DNA of 32,591 bases, taken from Nemertoderma westbladi. Taxonomy: Eukaryota > Animalia > Xenacoelomorpha. The notes beneath the pieces are model-generated. The model was not told where the DNA came from and searched no databases. It was given only the letters and a program-made list of their open reading frames with translations. Position 1 is the first letter of the stretch. Each line of letters starts with the position of its first letter. The position numbers and the translations under genes are program-made. Where the stretch lies: contig JAUCBJ010005914.1 of the NCBI GenBank assembly GCA_032718475.1, forward strand, positions 1-32,591, read 5' to 3'. Below are positions 21,221 through 32,591 of the stretch, piece by piece.

Positions 21221-22070
21221 CATTGCCGACTTTGCAAAGCTGTTCCCAACAAAAGTTATAATAATGGCGGTGGGACACGCCCTTCAGTTCCAAAATTATT
21301 ACTGATTTTTTTAAACATTATGTTTATTGTTTACAAAATAATGCAAATAAGTTTTCTAACCACAGAACACCATGCTCGCTATGTCAATATTAACAAAGAG
21401 CTACAGAGTGTCAAAAGAAATCAATTAAGTGCTCTGTTAAGGTTATCTAAAGTCATCAACTATGATTGTGAGGTTATCAATTAATTTTTTAATCATTAAA
21501 AACATCTGAGGAAAATAATAGAACGAGGTAGATAGACAATAAAGCGAGTTAAGGGAAATAAACAATACAACTTAGACAATTCAATTTATTAGACATCATG
21601 GTTGAATTGGATAAAATTAACCAAAAACAACCAATTATTTTATCGGGAAAAATCTCGAACAAGAGGGAAAAATAATTTCTAATTTAATAATTAATTAGAT
21701 AGATATTAAAGTAATGCGTTATTATTGACAGTGTGATAAACTAATTCTGATAAATATAAACAAACCGCACACAAAAATAAAAAGAACCCATTGGCTAATT
21801 TAATTGAAATACAACTGAGTGGTAATACTTTTACTATAAGGTTAAATATATGTGACGATTGTTTACACCCACCACCACCACCATTGAAACCTCCGCAGAG
21901 CAACGTTTCCATGACAACCGCCAGTCTATTCGTCACCTTAATGTTCCAATAACCCGCCCTCCTCTACAAATAAATAAAGCACATTGAGTTGACCCTACCA
22001 GCACAACCATCGACGCGCGATTGATTGGTTAACCGGTAGGAATAAAACAGCCTTACGATTCGGCCAATAG

Positions 22071-22464
22071 CTAGCTGTTCTGTTGGGAGTCACCGTTAAG
22101 CATAGCCTCAGCGGAGCCGTTTAATTGGTCGGCTGAAACGCTCGAAGTCCTTAGGGGCGAGTGGGGGGAAGCCAGTTGGGCCTTCAACTGCGTGGCGACT
22201 TGGCGTTCAGACTGTAACGCGATATCCCGCTCCGTTCTCAGTTCAACCATCTCCTCTTTTATCGCCTCCAACTCCGCTCGCGTCGCTTCCAACTCGATGG
22301 CGGAGTCGTCCATGCCCTCCTTCCATTTGGTGTGCTCGGTATCAACTGACGCTTCCAGCTCGTGTAGGATTGTTTCAGTTTGATCGAGACCCAACTTAAA
22401 CTGATCGCATTTGGTCTGTAGACTACTGTTCTCGGATTCAGCGGAAGCTAGACGAGAGTGCAAA
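22071..22464 (-). CDS. Kinectin/RRBP1(p180)-like coiled-coil gene, last coding exon
   Basis: CDQFKLGLDQTETILHELEASVDTEHTKWK resembles the kinectin/RRBP1 C-terminal YKxVLAETEGILQxLQxSVEQEExKWK. Acceptor TTACAG at 22465-22470 (phase 2). Stop TAG at 22071-22073. Confidence 0.8.
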
Positions 22465-23094
22465 CTGTAATCAACAATTAAAAATAAGTGAGAAACATTT
22501 AAATATGAAGAAAAATAATAATTTCTAATTATTTATAATAAATTAAAAATTTATTATTAGATGTGAACTTTATGATTGTAATGCGAATAGATTTACTTCG
22601 GGAACGAAAAGAGGAAAGTGAGTATCAACAACGAGTTGCACCCATCATGAGAAGAATATCCAGGTTTTCACTTCTCGGTCGACTTTTTATTGGAATTTTA
22701 TATAGTAAGATTTTGTATTTTTTAAATTATCCTTATTAAGTGTTTTATAGCTCTTATTTCTGTCAGATAACCTGTACAGATTCTAATTCGTTTATTGTTT
22801 TGGTTGGATTCAGCCATTCTGGAACCGGGATTTTTAGGGAAGACCTGGAATTCTTCATATGGGAGCAAACTGCAAAGTTAAATATAACAGCAGAGGTCGC
22901 AACGCATCAGAGTTTAAATTCCATTGTCAAATTTGTTAAATACCACAAAAAAAAACCAAAAGTTCGCAATCAACTCAAACCATTGGAAAAAAATCACACA
23001 TTATACATTGGACCAAAGTCACTCACTCACAACAGTTGTACAGATTTGTGAGACAAGGCGGGAGTCCAGATTGGGTAAGTTAACATTCACTTAC

Positions 23095-23267
23095 TCGGTA
23101 ATCTGAGTTTCCAGATCCAGAAATCTGGATTCCAGAGAATTGGTTACTTTGTCCTCATACTCGGCGTCCCATTGGTCAATATTCTCGGGAATATCAACAT
23201 CAGGAAATAGTTTCTGGAACACGGAGTACTGGTCATGTAAAGCCCGTCTTTGGGCTTCCTCGGCAAC
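23095..23267 (-). CDS. Kinectin/RRBP1-like gene, penultimate exon (missed by the ORF track)
   Basis: TACAG|GTT..ACCGA|GTAAGT, 173 nt, phase 0 in and phase 2 out, matching both neighbours. Encodes VAEEAQRRALHDQYSVFQKLFPDVDIPENIDQWDAEYEDKVTNSLESRFLDLETQIT, with the family-like LFP-x-V..W..EK pattern. Confidence 0.8.
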
Positions 23268-24074
23268 CTGTATTGGAAATATAGTGAGTTAAAAACAATT
23301 GAGAATAAAAGGGACATATAACATATAGAATGGGTGGCTGAATAAATATTATATATTGAGAAGGGCCTCGTGTTGTTTTGGGCGGCGGTCACCGAAGGAG
23401 GCAGGTCGCTCTCCTCTAGTCCAACACTGTCTCCATGGAGGTCGTCGTTCGTGCTGTGCGGTATCTGCATATCGTCGGACTTGGGAAATGTAAAGAAAAG
23501 AAAGAAACTTTCCGAGACATTTTTCCGGAAATTTCCTTTTTTATTAATAATGTACAGTATTATAAAATTTACTTTTAATAGGAAATATTTACAGAATAAC
23601 TTCTTATTAATTGCATAAAATGTAATAATAAGATTTGAAATAAAATTGTGATTGTGACTTTGTGTTTTGGCATTTCATTGTTATATATTTTATATTGAAC
23701 GCAATTTCGGAAATTAATACATTTTCAATTTTAACTCTTTTACAATTTTACCTACAATGTTGCCAGTTTATACACAATCATTCTAAAAACAAATAGGAAA
23801 ACACAAGTAGAGTAAATAACACTAGAAATAAGTGATTCCATCTTCGTTGTGTTGAGGCGGTTCGTTGTATTGGCTATTGTAGTCTTTACTACACGGGTGA
23901 AGTATACTTTTCCGGAAATTTCAGGAAATTGAAAAAACATATTTCCGGAAAAATCACATAACTATGCCGGACAACCACCCATTTATTGATTACGTAATTA
24001 AATTAAGTAAAATAAAAAATCAACTTAAATCCATTTGTTATACTGGGAAAGGGAACATAAAATAATGGCGATAC

Positions 24075-24191
24075 CTTAACGTCACCATCCTTCCGAGCTG
24101 CTTCTAGTTGATTCAACTGCTCCATCATCTTCCAGTTCTTCTCCCGTAATTCATTGTTATTTAACTTCTGTTTATCGACCTCTTTGTTTAA
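24075..24191 (-). CDS. Kinectin/RRBP1-like exon, 5' part apparently missing
   Basis: LNKEVDKQKLNNNELREKNWKMMEQL matches the family motif KNNDLREKNWKAMEAL. Donor AAG|GTAT at 24074. No convincing acceptor upstream. Confidence 0.75.
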
Positions 24192-24660
24192 CCAAAGCGC
24201 GTCGGCCTGGTCCGCGACGCGGTCGAGGTCGCGGAAGTCCTCCTCGGTGAGTTGGAGGCGGATGGCGTCGGGCATCTGGCGGAGGAACGCCTCCTCGAAC
24301 AGCAGGCAGTGGCGGTCGTCACCGAGGCCATTCAAGTCCCAGAGCCGCACGGCGCGGTCGCGGCGGGAGAGTCCGAATACCTTGAGGAGTTTGGCCTTGA
24401 TCTGGGCGTACTGGGTACTGGTTGACAGCAGGGGCGTCTTGGGTCAGCTGGAGGAGGCGGCTGGCGGTGTCTTGGTCGAGGGCCCCTACCAGTAGTAGTA
24501 CTTCGTGGCTTCGGCTGTGACGCCCCGGGTGGCGAACTGTGCCTCGGCCTGTGCGAACCAGACCTCGGGCTGGTTAGTCCAGAAGGCGGGCAGTTTCAGG
24601 GCAACGGCATTTGCCTCAGCCACGGTGAAGGCGCTGGGGTGGGGTACGGGTTGCAGTTTG
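24192..24660 (-). pseudogene. Decayed Gypsy-type gag (capsid N-terminal) fragment, GC-rich
   Basis: [39 protein letters not shown]...IKAKLLKVFGLS...LFEEAFLRQMPDAIRLQL..ADQADALW. Frameshift plus TAG near 24490 and a CCAGTAC duplication near 24410. Confidence 0.85.
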
Positions 24661-25874
24661 GCTCAACAAATAGTGCTGAGCAGTCAGCTCTCCAATGTGC
24701 AATGTGGCAGTACAGCAGTATGCAAAAGTCACTGTCTGACTTACTGTGCTGTACTGCTGTATCCAGACAACATCTGTATACGTATATTCAAAACCTTAGC
24801 AGAGCGATACCGGTAAGCAGTATATCTCAAGTCACTCTGTCTGAGTCTGTAAATGCCCTACGCAGCTACGCATAGTTTGTAAGTGGCACCGCCACACCAT
24901 CAAAATATTTTGCAAATAAACATTGTTTCAACAACAGAACTAACACTTTTTCAACTAATATCAGCCAACTGCTTTCTCGAAACTATGGATGGATGATACC
25001 TAATTGCTATGGAAACGAACCCCTGTTGTTACGGTGTGGTCGTCAAATATATAATGTGTAATCAAAAAAAGGTCCACATTCAAATTTTCACCAATAACCA
25101 ACTAATCGTTCATCCGTTGCTATGCAATATGTAAAATTGTTGCTATGTGGAAAATGACTACTGAATATTGCCAACTTATTGTCAGTCTATCACCTATATT
25201 GCCTAGTAAGCATGACAAACATTTTCTACTGATTTCAGTAACTGCGTGATGGTTGCTATGGAGTATAACTTGTTGCTATGGTAAAGACCCCCTGTTGCTA
25301 TGGTCTAGTCCTTAAGTATATCACATAATTCTAATAATCAATGTAGGTCTATATACATGTTTTAATCAAAACCCACCCAACCCTTCGTCCGTTGCCACTG
25401 TATGTACAGGAATACACATCTGTTGCCATGGATACTGACTGCATAGTCTTACCAACTTCACATATGTCTGTCTACCAACTACCCAGACATACTGTAATCT
25501 TTCAATCGACATACAATGAGGCAACGCACTGACATTTTGGATGCAAGTTATATTTGTTTTAACAAATATTTAGTAATAATTTTATAGAAACCTTGCTAAA
25601 TTAGCTTGAGGCGTTGCCATTGGCAACATGTCACACTTACTTTGGGACCCTAGACAATTTTTACCGCTTCTAAAACGGTCTATTTACTGTGGAAACACAA
25701 AAATTTAGAGCCGCGGTGAGGAATACCTATTGAGTTAGAAGTGTTTCTATTCAATTCATACAGCAGCTGCCATGGCAACAGAGATATACAATGCAAAATT
25801 ATACTGTAAAGATGATAGAAAAAATAAAGTATTGAGGGTCTTTAGCTGGTTATATTATATTAAATAAAGATATA

Positions 25875-25914
25875 ATAGTAAACGTTTTCGACCTACCGGT
25901 CTGCATCAGACTAT
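25875..25914 (-). ncRNA. Minimal hammerhead ribozyme-like motif in the Penelope 3' pseudo-LTR
   Basis: Minus strand: ATAGT CTGATGCA GACC-GGTA-GGTC GAAA ACGT TT ACTAT, giving stem I, a variant core, stem II, GAAA and a palindromic stem III. Confidence 0.6.
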
Positions 25915-26445
25915 GTACTGGCAACTAACAGGAAAAGGTGGGGGTCTATATATATATATATCTAAGTTTTAAAGGGGAATACCTGATAGGTGAATCCCAG
26001 AAAGGTTAACGTCTATGTATGTACTGTATAACTTAAGGTAATTGTGATAGGGAAAATTCACCGAGTTAGTTGTGAGCTGTCAATCTAAAGTACAAATATA
26101 GGGTTACAGGTTGGGTTAAAAGGTTGGGAGAAGCTGATAGGGAAATCCCAGGAGTGGTCATGTGTCTACATACTGAATGGTATAATTGGATTAGGTAGGT
26201 TACATAGGATTATGAGCTATCTACTTAAAGCGTATGGTTAGGTAGAATACAGCATAATGATAACTGTCTACATATTGCCGGGGAATTATTACAGAGTAAG
26301 AAAATTACAAGAAACAGAAAAACCGAAGAGAAAAACAATAAAGAAGATAGGGGAAAAACGCATAGAAACCCCGGAAATTCGCTATAGAAGGTACTGTAGT
26401 TGTGTAAGATATAGAATATAGGGTGTATTATATAAAACGTTGGGT

Positions 26446-27330
26446 TTAGATTGCTGGTCTTGCTACGTTAAGTGGGGGGTTGTATGTATAGATTAGGTTA
26501 GCTTCCGTCGCTAGTAGTTCGGGCATGTTTGTGAATTGTTTTATAGTTGCGGTGCGTAGATTTTCTAAACCACAACCGTATATGTGCCTAGCTAGGAGTA
26601 TGTCTTCGTGTGTTTTTCCGTCATTGGCTCGTGAGGGGTAGTGTCGTATGTTGTTGCGGTGTCCATTAAAGCGTTCGTGAAGTTTCTGCCTCGTTTGGCC
26701 TATGTAGTACTGTATAGAGTAGGGTGGCAGTGGCACCAGGCCAAGTAACATACAGTGTGGGACTTACATGTATAGTGTCCTTTTATCTTTTCACCCCATG
26801 GGGTCTGTTGTATGTCAGTGATAGTTTTGCATGTAAGGCAGCGGCTAGAGTTACATGGCTCATTAGTGGTGTTATTTGTGTGTGTTTTCGATTGAGTTTT
26901 ATTTTTGGTTAGTATTTGTCCTAGTGATGTGGGATTCTTCGTGACTACATTAATGTTGATGTCAAGGTCGTAGTTTTTGGAGTATCTACGTACAGTATTT
27001 TGGAACACGCCCTTCATCTGTTGGTTGGTGGATAAGTAAAATGTGGGTTTTGAGTTGGTGTCTTTAGGTCTAGTGTGGGGAGTCCATTGTCTAAGTTTGT
27101 TAAGGAGGTTCTGGGGGTACTGCCTGAGTAGACATTCGCCAAGGAATTCGTCTCTGAGTTTGGTATAGTCGTTAGACTCGCTTCATCTGCGGTGGATGCG
27201 TAGGAGTTGGCTACGGATTACGGATAGTAGTAATTTCTTATCATGGAAGCTATTGTAGTGAATTGGGAGTTTATTGCTAGTTGGTTTTTTGTATAGTGTA
27301 GTTGTTAGTGTTTCGTTGTTAATCTGCAAG
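26446..27330 (-). pseudogene. Penelope RT C-terminus plus GIY-YIG endonuclease, disrupted
   Basis: TTTLYKKPT..IHYNSFH..SVIRSQLLRIHR, CNSSRCLTCK, YTCKSHTVCYLAWC and YYIGQTRQKLHERFNGH..E..LI..PPLN. One in-frame stop near 27185 and a frameshift near 26710-26720. Confidence 0.88.
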
Positions 27331-28240
27331 ACCGCTAAAGACCCTCAATACTTTATTTTTTCTATCATCTTTACACTATGCTGCCGCTGGTGAATGCCTA
27401 CCACTTCATCCGTTCGTTCAAAATTATACTGTAATACTCAAATATTATGAAAATTAGTTAAAATGTGGAATTTTTTCAGGAAATCCTTAATAACTCGAGT
27501 CCATGTTAATGAAATTCTGAGTAAAACCTGAGCAATTCTTAAACAAAACCCAACCAACCCTTCGTCCGTTGCCACTGTATGTACAGGAATACACATCTGT
27601 TGCCATGGATACTGACTGCATAGTCTTACCAACTTCACATATGTCTGTCTACCAACTACCCAGACATACTGTAATCGTTGAACCGACATACAATGAGGCA
27701 ACGCATTGACATTTTGGATGCAAGTTATATTTGTTTTAACAAATATTTTGTAATAATTTTATAGAAACCTTGCTAAATTAGCTTGAGGCGTTGCCATTGG
27801 CAACATGTCATACTTACTTTGGGACCCTAGACAATTTTTACCGCGTCTAAAACGGTCTATTTACTGTGGAAACACAACAATTTACAACCGCGGTGAGGAA
27901 TACCTATTGAGTCTGAGTTCAATCTATTCAATTCATACAGCAGCTGCCATGGCAACAGAGATATACAATGCAAAATTATACTGTAATACTCAAATATTAT
28001 GAAAATTAGCTAAAATGTGGAATTTTTTCAGGAAATCCTTAATAACTCGAGTCCATGTTAATGAAATTCTGAGATATTTAGTGCATTCGAAAGCTAAGAG
28101 TATTATCTATCTTTATACGTAAAGAACTCTTGATGAAACCTACGGGAAGTCACATTTTAAGGAGATCGTGTTTCTGTGTGAATTGGCGTGACACCCGAAT
28201 ATTTCCATTAAATCCTGAATAAAACTGAGCCATCGACATG

Positions 28241-28728
28241 AAATGTTATAAATGATACATATTTAGTTGCGTAAACACCTAATCTATCGATTGGAGTTGA
28301 TAAATGTTATAAATGATACATATTTAGTTGCGTAAACACCTAATCTATCGATTGGAGTTGATAAATGTTATAAATGATACATATTTAGTTGCGTAAACAC
28401 CTAATCTATCGATTGGAGTTGATAAATGTTATAAATGATACATATTTAGTTGCGTAAACACCTAATCTATCGATTGGAGTTGATAAATGTTATAAATGAT
28501 ACATATTTAGTTGCGTAAACACCTAATCTATCGATTGGAGTTGATAAATGTTATAAATGATACATATTTAGTTGCGTAAACACCTAATCTATCGATTGGA
28601 GTTGATAAATGTTATAAATGATACATATTTAGTTGCGTAAACACCTAATCTATCGATTGGAGTTGATAAATGTTATAAATGATACATATTTAGTTGCGTA
28701 AACACCTAATCTATCGATTGGAGTTGAT
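28241..28728 (+). repeat. Minisatellite, 8 identical 61-bp units
   Basis: AAATGTTATAAATGATACATATTTAGTTGCGTAAACACCTAATCTATCGATTGGAGTTGAT x8, with no spacers. Confidence 0.95.
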
Positions 28729-28977
28729 AAATATTAAAAATAATATGAACGAAAGCGGCCAAAAGCGTATTTATTATGTAATAAATAATTTATTTATAAC
28801 CATTTATATTACTTATAAATAGCATGTCACTCGCATAAATCGCGAAATTAATGAATGTCACATTATTATATTTTCATAATTTAATAAAAAATTTCAATCA
28901 AAAATGTCACAACTATAAAATTATTCTGTTACGAAATGTCGGAATCGAAATGTAAAAAAAACCGAAATTACGTTAGT

Positions 28978-29292
28978 CCGTTGCTAAGGACATTATCAAT
29001 AAAGCTAATATTGAAGGTCGTTTTCACTTGGTTGCTATGGTATTTTCAAAAAACGAAATATGTCATTAAATTCTTCGAATCCAAAATAATAATCTTCCAT
29101 AAATTGTAACTCGTCATATCTACTATAAGAGCTGTTGCTATGGGGATTTCCTCCGTTGCTATGTTTAAGACCCTCTAAAAAACCAGCGGAACCGTTTGGT
29201 GAAAATTTTTTATAATTTCTCATATCTTTACTAAATATCTATGTGGGGTAGCTCAGTCATATATAAAATACGGGGCCATAGACTGGAGCCTG
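28978..29292. mobile_element. Uninterrupted right-TIR copy of the foldback element
   Basis: Matches 3172-3470 plus 14326-14342 with few differences and ends GGAGCCTG|TA. Confidence 0.88.
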
Positions 29293-29374
29293 TATTAAAT
29301 GAAAGAAAGAGTTAAGTAAACAGTTATATATAGTTAGCGAGTTAAAACTCAATTTATCGATAGGTGTAGCTGAT

Positions 29375-31398
29375 TCAGTTAGATTTAATATAAAGTAAAC
29401 TGTTACTACGAGTTTCGTACAGAAATAATCCACTATTATTATACACAATAGCCATCCCACCGAACCCGTTTACCGGCACGGCACCCAATCGGGATACTTT
29501 AGTTACGTTTGGAACGTATTTATAAACCCCCAGATAATAATTCCCTTCTTCTTCTAGAGGAACTAAGAAATGCCATGATGATCACCGCAGTAGTTCCACC
29601 GCCCCAATAGGGATGGATTTACCGCAATCAAGAACGGATATCCTTCTATTCAATACGAGAGTAACGTTGGGTCCGGTGCCGGTAGCTTATAGCTACATAG
29701 GGATAACTTATGTTCGTTAGGTTGGAATAATCCGACGTTAAATAGTCCGTTGAACTACGCAGGTAGTGGAAAGGAGTTTCCCGGGTTCTTCGATACGGGA
29801 TATCCATTCCTTAGAACAATCGCGCAGGTCCAGTTTAATCACGCAGTTGTTTGACGTTAGCAGATAATCACCATGGATACCGACCATTGGGCCTATTGGT
29901 TGACCGCGGTATCTCTCTTTACCAAGACACAAATGTTTGACATCACCTCCGTCTGGGTTTATTACAAATACACATTCTTCCGTTGCGGCGATCCAGGTTT
30001 CCTCGTAGTAATTATCTAGAAACTTAATCTGTTTCTTTTCGGCGTTGCAGTCGGATTCGAGAATAATAGGTTCACCACGTAGAGATAAAGAATCGTCGTC
30101 GTTGAATTCGTAAATATAAATCCTGTTAGTTAGGGAATCGGTTATCCCCAGGTTCCCATGAACGACCACCAATGGGACCGACTTTACCGATTCCCATTCT
30201 CCGACAGTCGATCCGACATGTTTCCTTTAGCGGCGGATCTCTTAATAAAATATCTTCGTATTGGCGGAGGTCAAAACGTTTCTCAACCTCCAGTTCTTCT
30301 ACTGGAACCGCCATCTTCTCTCCTCCATCGCCGCTATCTATAATATCAACGCGGCCGGTAATCCCTTCCAGGTCCTTCTGTAACTCAACCGGAACGAAAC
30401 GAATTTCCGGTACCTCTACAACTTCGATCTCAGAAATCCGCTGCTCGATTTCTTTATATTTCTTTAGGATCTTCTTGGCTTCCGCTATTTCCTTTATCAA
30501 CTCGGAATTCTTTATCTTCTTATAATATTCGTTTTCTTCAGGAATTTCGATATTAGCGAGAATTTCCTGCGCTGCTGATATTTTTCCCGCCGTTTTGGTA
30601 TTTAAATCCCGGACCTGCTTCATCATTGTATCTTCAGCTGCTTTTAATTCGTTGTATAAATATTGGAAGTGTTTGCGGATGTCGTCGGTGGAAACTTTAG
30701 TGACGTCCTCTAAATCCCCCAGAATTCCTTCCAACACTGTTAGTTTAGTCTCCAATCGTGTTCTCAACTTTCCCGGACCTTCTACTAAGTTTCGTCTGAT
30801 TGAATTACAGACTTTCGTTCGTATACCAGACCTCGTGATCTTTAGAAACATCGTCAACGGAATGACATTGGCGACAAACAGTACATTCGCATTTCTCGCA
30901 ATAATGGCGTTTGTTTAGACCGTGGATTAGGCACAGATCGGGATCCGGTTCTTTAGATCCACCAACAGCTCCTTGTTTATCGAGATCTACGTCATTAGAC
31001 CAGCATCCCGTCGGCTCTCCAGCTGCTCCCGAATTAGGTGGATTGACGTCACAGACGTGGTAAAGTTCGCACTTTCTGCACAATTCGGTGTCGCAACGTT
31101 CGCAGGGATTCGTTCCTTTGTTTTTTCCGCACTCGTCGCATGTTTTTTCTTTTCGAATCATATCAATCATAGAAGTGACGACATGATTTACTGTCGGCAA
31201 AGAATCCAGTTTCTCTACCTCGGTGGGATTCCGACAACGAGGACATTCCAACGAAAATCCATCACCGCGTTGTTTAGAAAATTTGACGATGCATTTGTAA
31301 CAGAAACAGTGGGAGCAGTTGATTAAAACTCGTGGCTGATGTAAAAGTCGTAGACATACGGAACATTCGAACTCTCGCTCTACTTGCTCCCGGTCCAT
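29375..31398 (-). pseudogene. Disrupted paralog of the TRIM gene
   Basis: Colinear with 14425-16437. Frameshifts near 30813 and 30160, a scrambled patch at 29740-29765 and an in-frame TGA near 29583. Confidence 0.88.
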
Positions 31399-32136
31399 TG
31401 CCGCATTGTGATGAATGTAGTCCAGTAGTCTGGTCTGGCTGTTTCTGTGTTTGGTACCGGTAGTTCTGTAGTTGTGGTTTAGTTCAGTACTGCAGTAGGT
31501 AGCCTACCCTAATACAGTAATATGCTAATGCAGTAATCCTCTAGTCCTGTGCGTTCAGCTGTAGTCATTCATAAGCTTAAAAAAACATCAGAGGCCGGTT
31601 TCACTCCCCATCGGGCGCGGATCCACAATAGGGGCGCGTGGCGCCGCGCAACATAGATTTTTTGAGAAAGAAAATAAAAAGAGTAAAATTAAATTTTTTT
31701 TTATAAAAATACATTTTTTTAGATTTACTATTAATTGATAGTTACGCTAAAACATACAAGGGCCGTCATCACTCGATAACCCCAAGCGGAATCCACATTC
31801 ACAACTTCCATCCCCATACCATCCATCATCCCCAATATAAAATTGCTGTAAACCTTCCCAAGGACGCGCTCCATGTAGGCGGGAGGGGGATTAGGAACAG
31901 TATGCATGGCCTTGCTTTACCTGAACTGAAAGACCACTAACAACCTATGTAATGTAAAGCATGGGGCTATTTGTAAAATATTATATTATTCTATTATATT
32001 ATTAAAATATTATATTCTTATAAAAATGAAACGCGCCCACTCCCAATCCAATCCTTTTAATTATAATATGTTAATCGACGGTTGTTGTTATCACAAATAG
32101 GCGATTATTAATAATTCTCGGCGATGAAAGTGTGCT

Positions 32137-32591
32137 CTTCCACAATAAACCCTACCACTCTGTTTCTTAAAGAAATGCCTGTTCACCACCATGGGCGATC
32201 TTCCATATTAATCCATTCCACTCTGTTTCCTAAAGGAATGCCTGTTCACCACCATGGGTGATCTTCCACAGTAAACCCTTCCACTCTGTTTCCTAAAGGA
32301 ATGCTGGTTCACCACCATGGGCGATCTTCCACATTAATCCATTCCACTCTGTTTCCTAAAGGAATGCTGGTTCACCACCATGGTTGATTTTCCACAGTAA
32401 AACCTTCCACTCTGTTTCTTAAAGGAATGCCTGTTCACCACCATGGGTGATCTTCCACAGTAAACCCTTCCACTCTGTTTCCTAAAGGAATGTCTGTTCA
32501 CCACCATGGGTGATCTTCCACAGTAAACCCTTCCACTCTGGTTCCGAAAGGAATGCCTGTTCACCACCATGGGTGATCTTCCACAGTAAAC
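32137..32591 (+). repeat. 63-bp minisatellite (~7 copies, runs off the window)
   Basis: Unit CCACTCTGTTTCCTAAAGGAATGCCTGTTCACCACCATGGGTGATCTTCCACAGTAAACCCTT with two variant types. Confidence 0.93.

Larger units (their letters stand above)
25809..27418 (-). mobile_element. 5'-truncated Penelope-like retroelement with inverted terminal segment and 15-bp TSD
   Basis: TSD CAAAATTATACTGTA at 25794-25808 and 27419-27433. ~45-bp inverted repeat 25806-25852 vs 27331-27375. RT C-terminal and GIY-YIG coding remnants. Confidence 0.88.
25368..28072 (+). repeat. Tandem ~550-bp repeat (two units), first unit interrupted by the Penelope element
   Basis: 25368-25808 plus 27434-27520 matches 27545-28072. 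Rich in GTTGCYATGG-like motifs. Confidence 0.85.

Noticed and set aside
23144-23618. 108-aa and 82-aa ORFs
   Set aside because: They overlap the kinectin-like exon in the wrong frame or strand plus intronic sequence. A 12-bp inverted repeat at 23329/23983 is too weak to call an element.
28241-28728. CRISPR-like appearance of the 61-bp array (also the 63-bp array at 32137-32591)
   Set aside because: No unique spacers, no cas genes, eukaryotic context; these are plain tandem repeats.

Overview
AT-rich, transposon-dense animal (probably invertebrate) genomic DNA; the species cannot be identified from the sequence. The centrepiece is a very young 10.85-kb BEL/Pao-type LTR retroelement (3471-14320; 1184-bp LTRs with only 3 differences seen; CGGGG target-site duplication, TSD). 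It is unusual in several ways. (i) It has no tRNA primer-binding site (PBS); instead the 12 nt right after the 5' LTR are the exact reverse complement of a segment inside its own LTR, the geometry of Tf1-type self-priming. (ii) It keeps an intact Gag-protease ORF while RT, RNase H and integrase have collapsed in frame to terminal stubs. (iii) It carries a hidden 482-codon zinc-knuckle/basic-tail second ORF broken only by three in-frame stops, each one base from TGG. (iv) It has duplicated RNA hairpins that conserve pairing. The element sits inside the terminal inverted repeat (TIR) of a foldback TA-flanked DNA element that carries CTCF-like and RFX-like motif arrays. The window also holds an intronless TRIM gene (RING-B1-B2-coiled coil) and a disrupted duplicate whose empty sites confirm two insertions. 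Other contents are a Mutator-like element with a nested piggyBac-like end, the last three exons of a kinectin/RRBP1-like gene fused to a Gypsy gag relic, a truncated Penelope element with a hammerhead-like motif, a tRNA-derived SINE-like head and two minisatellites. All calls come from reading the sequence by eye; no searches were run.
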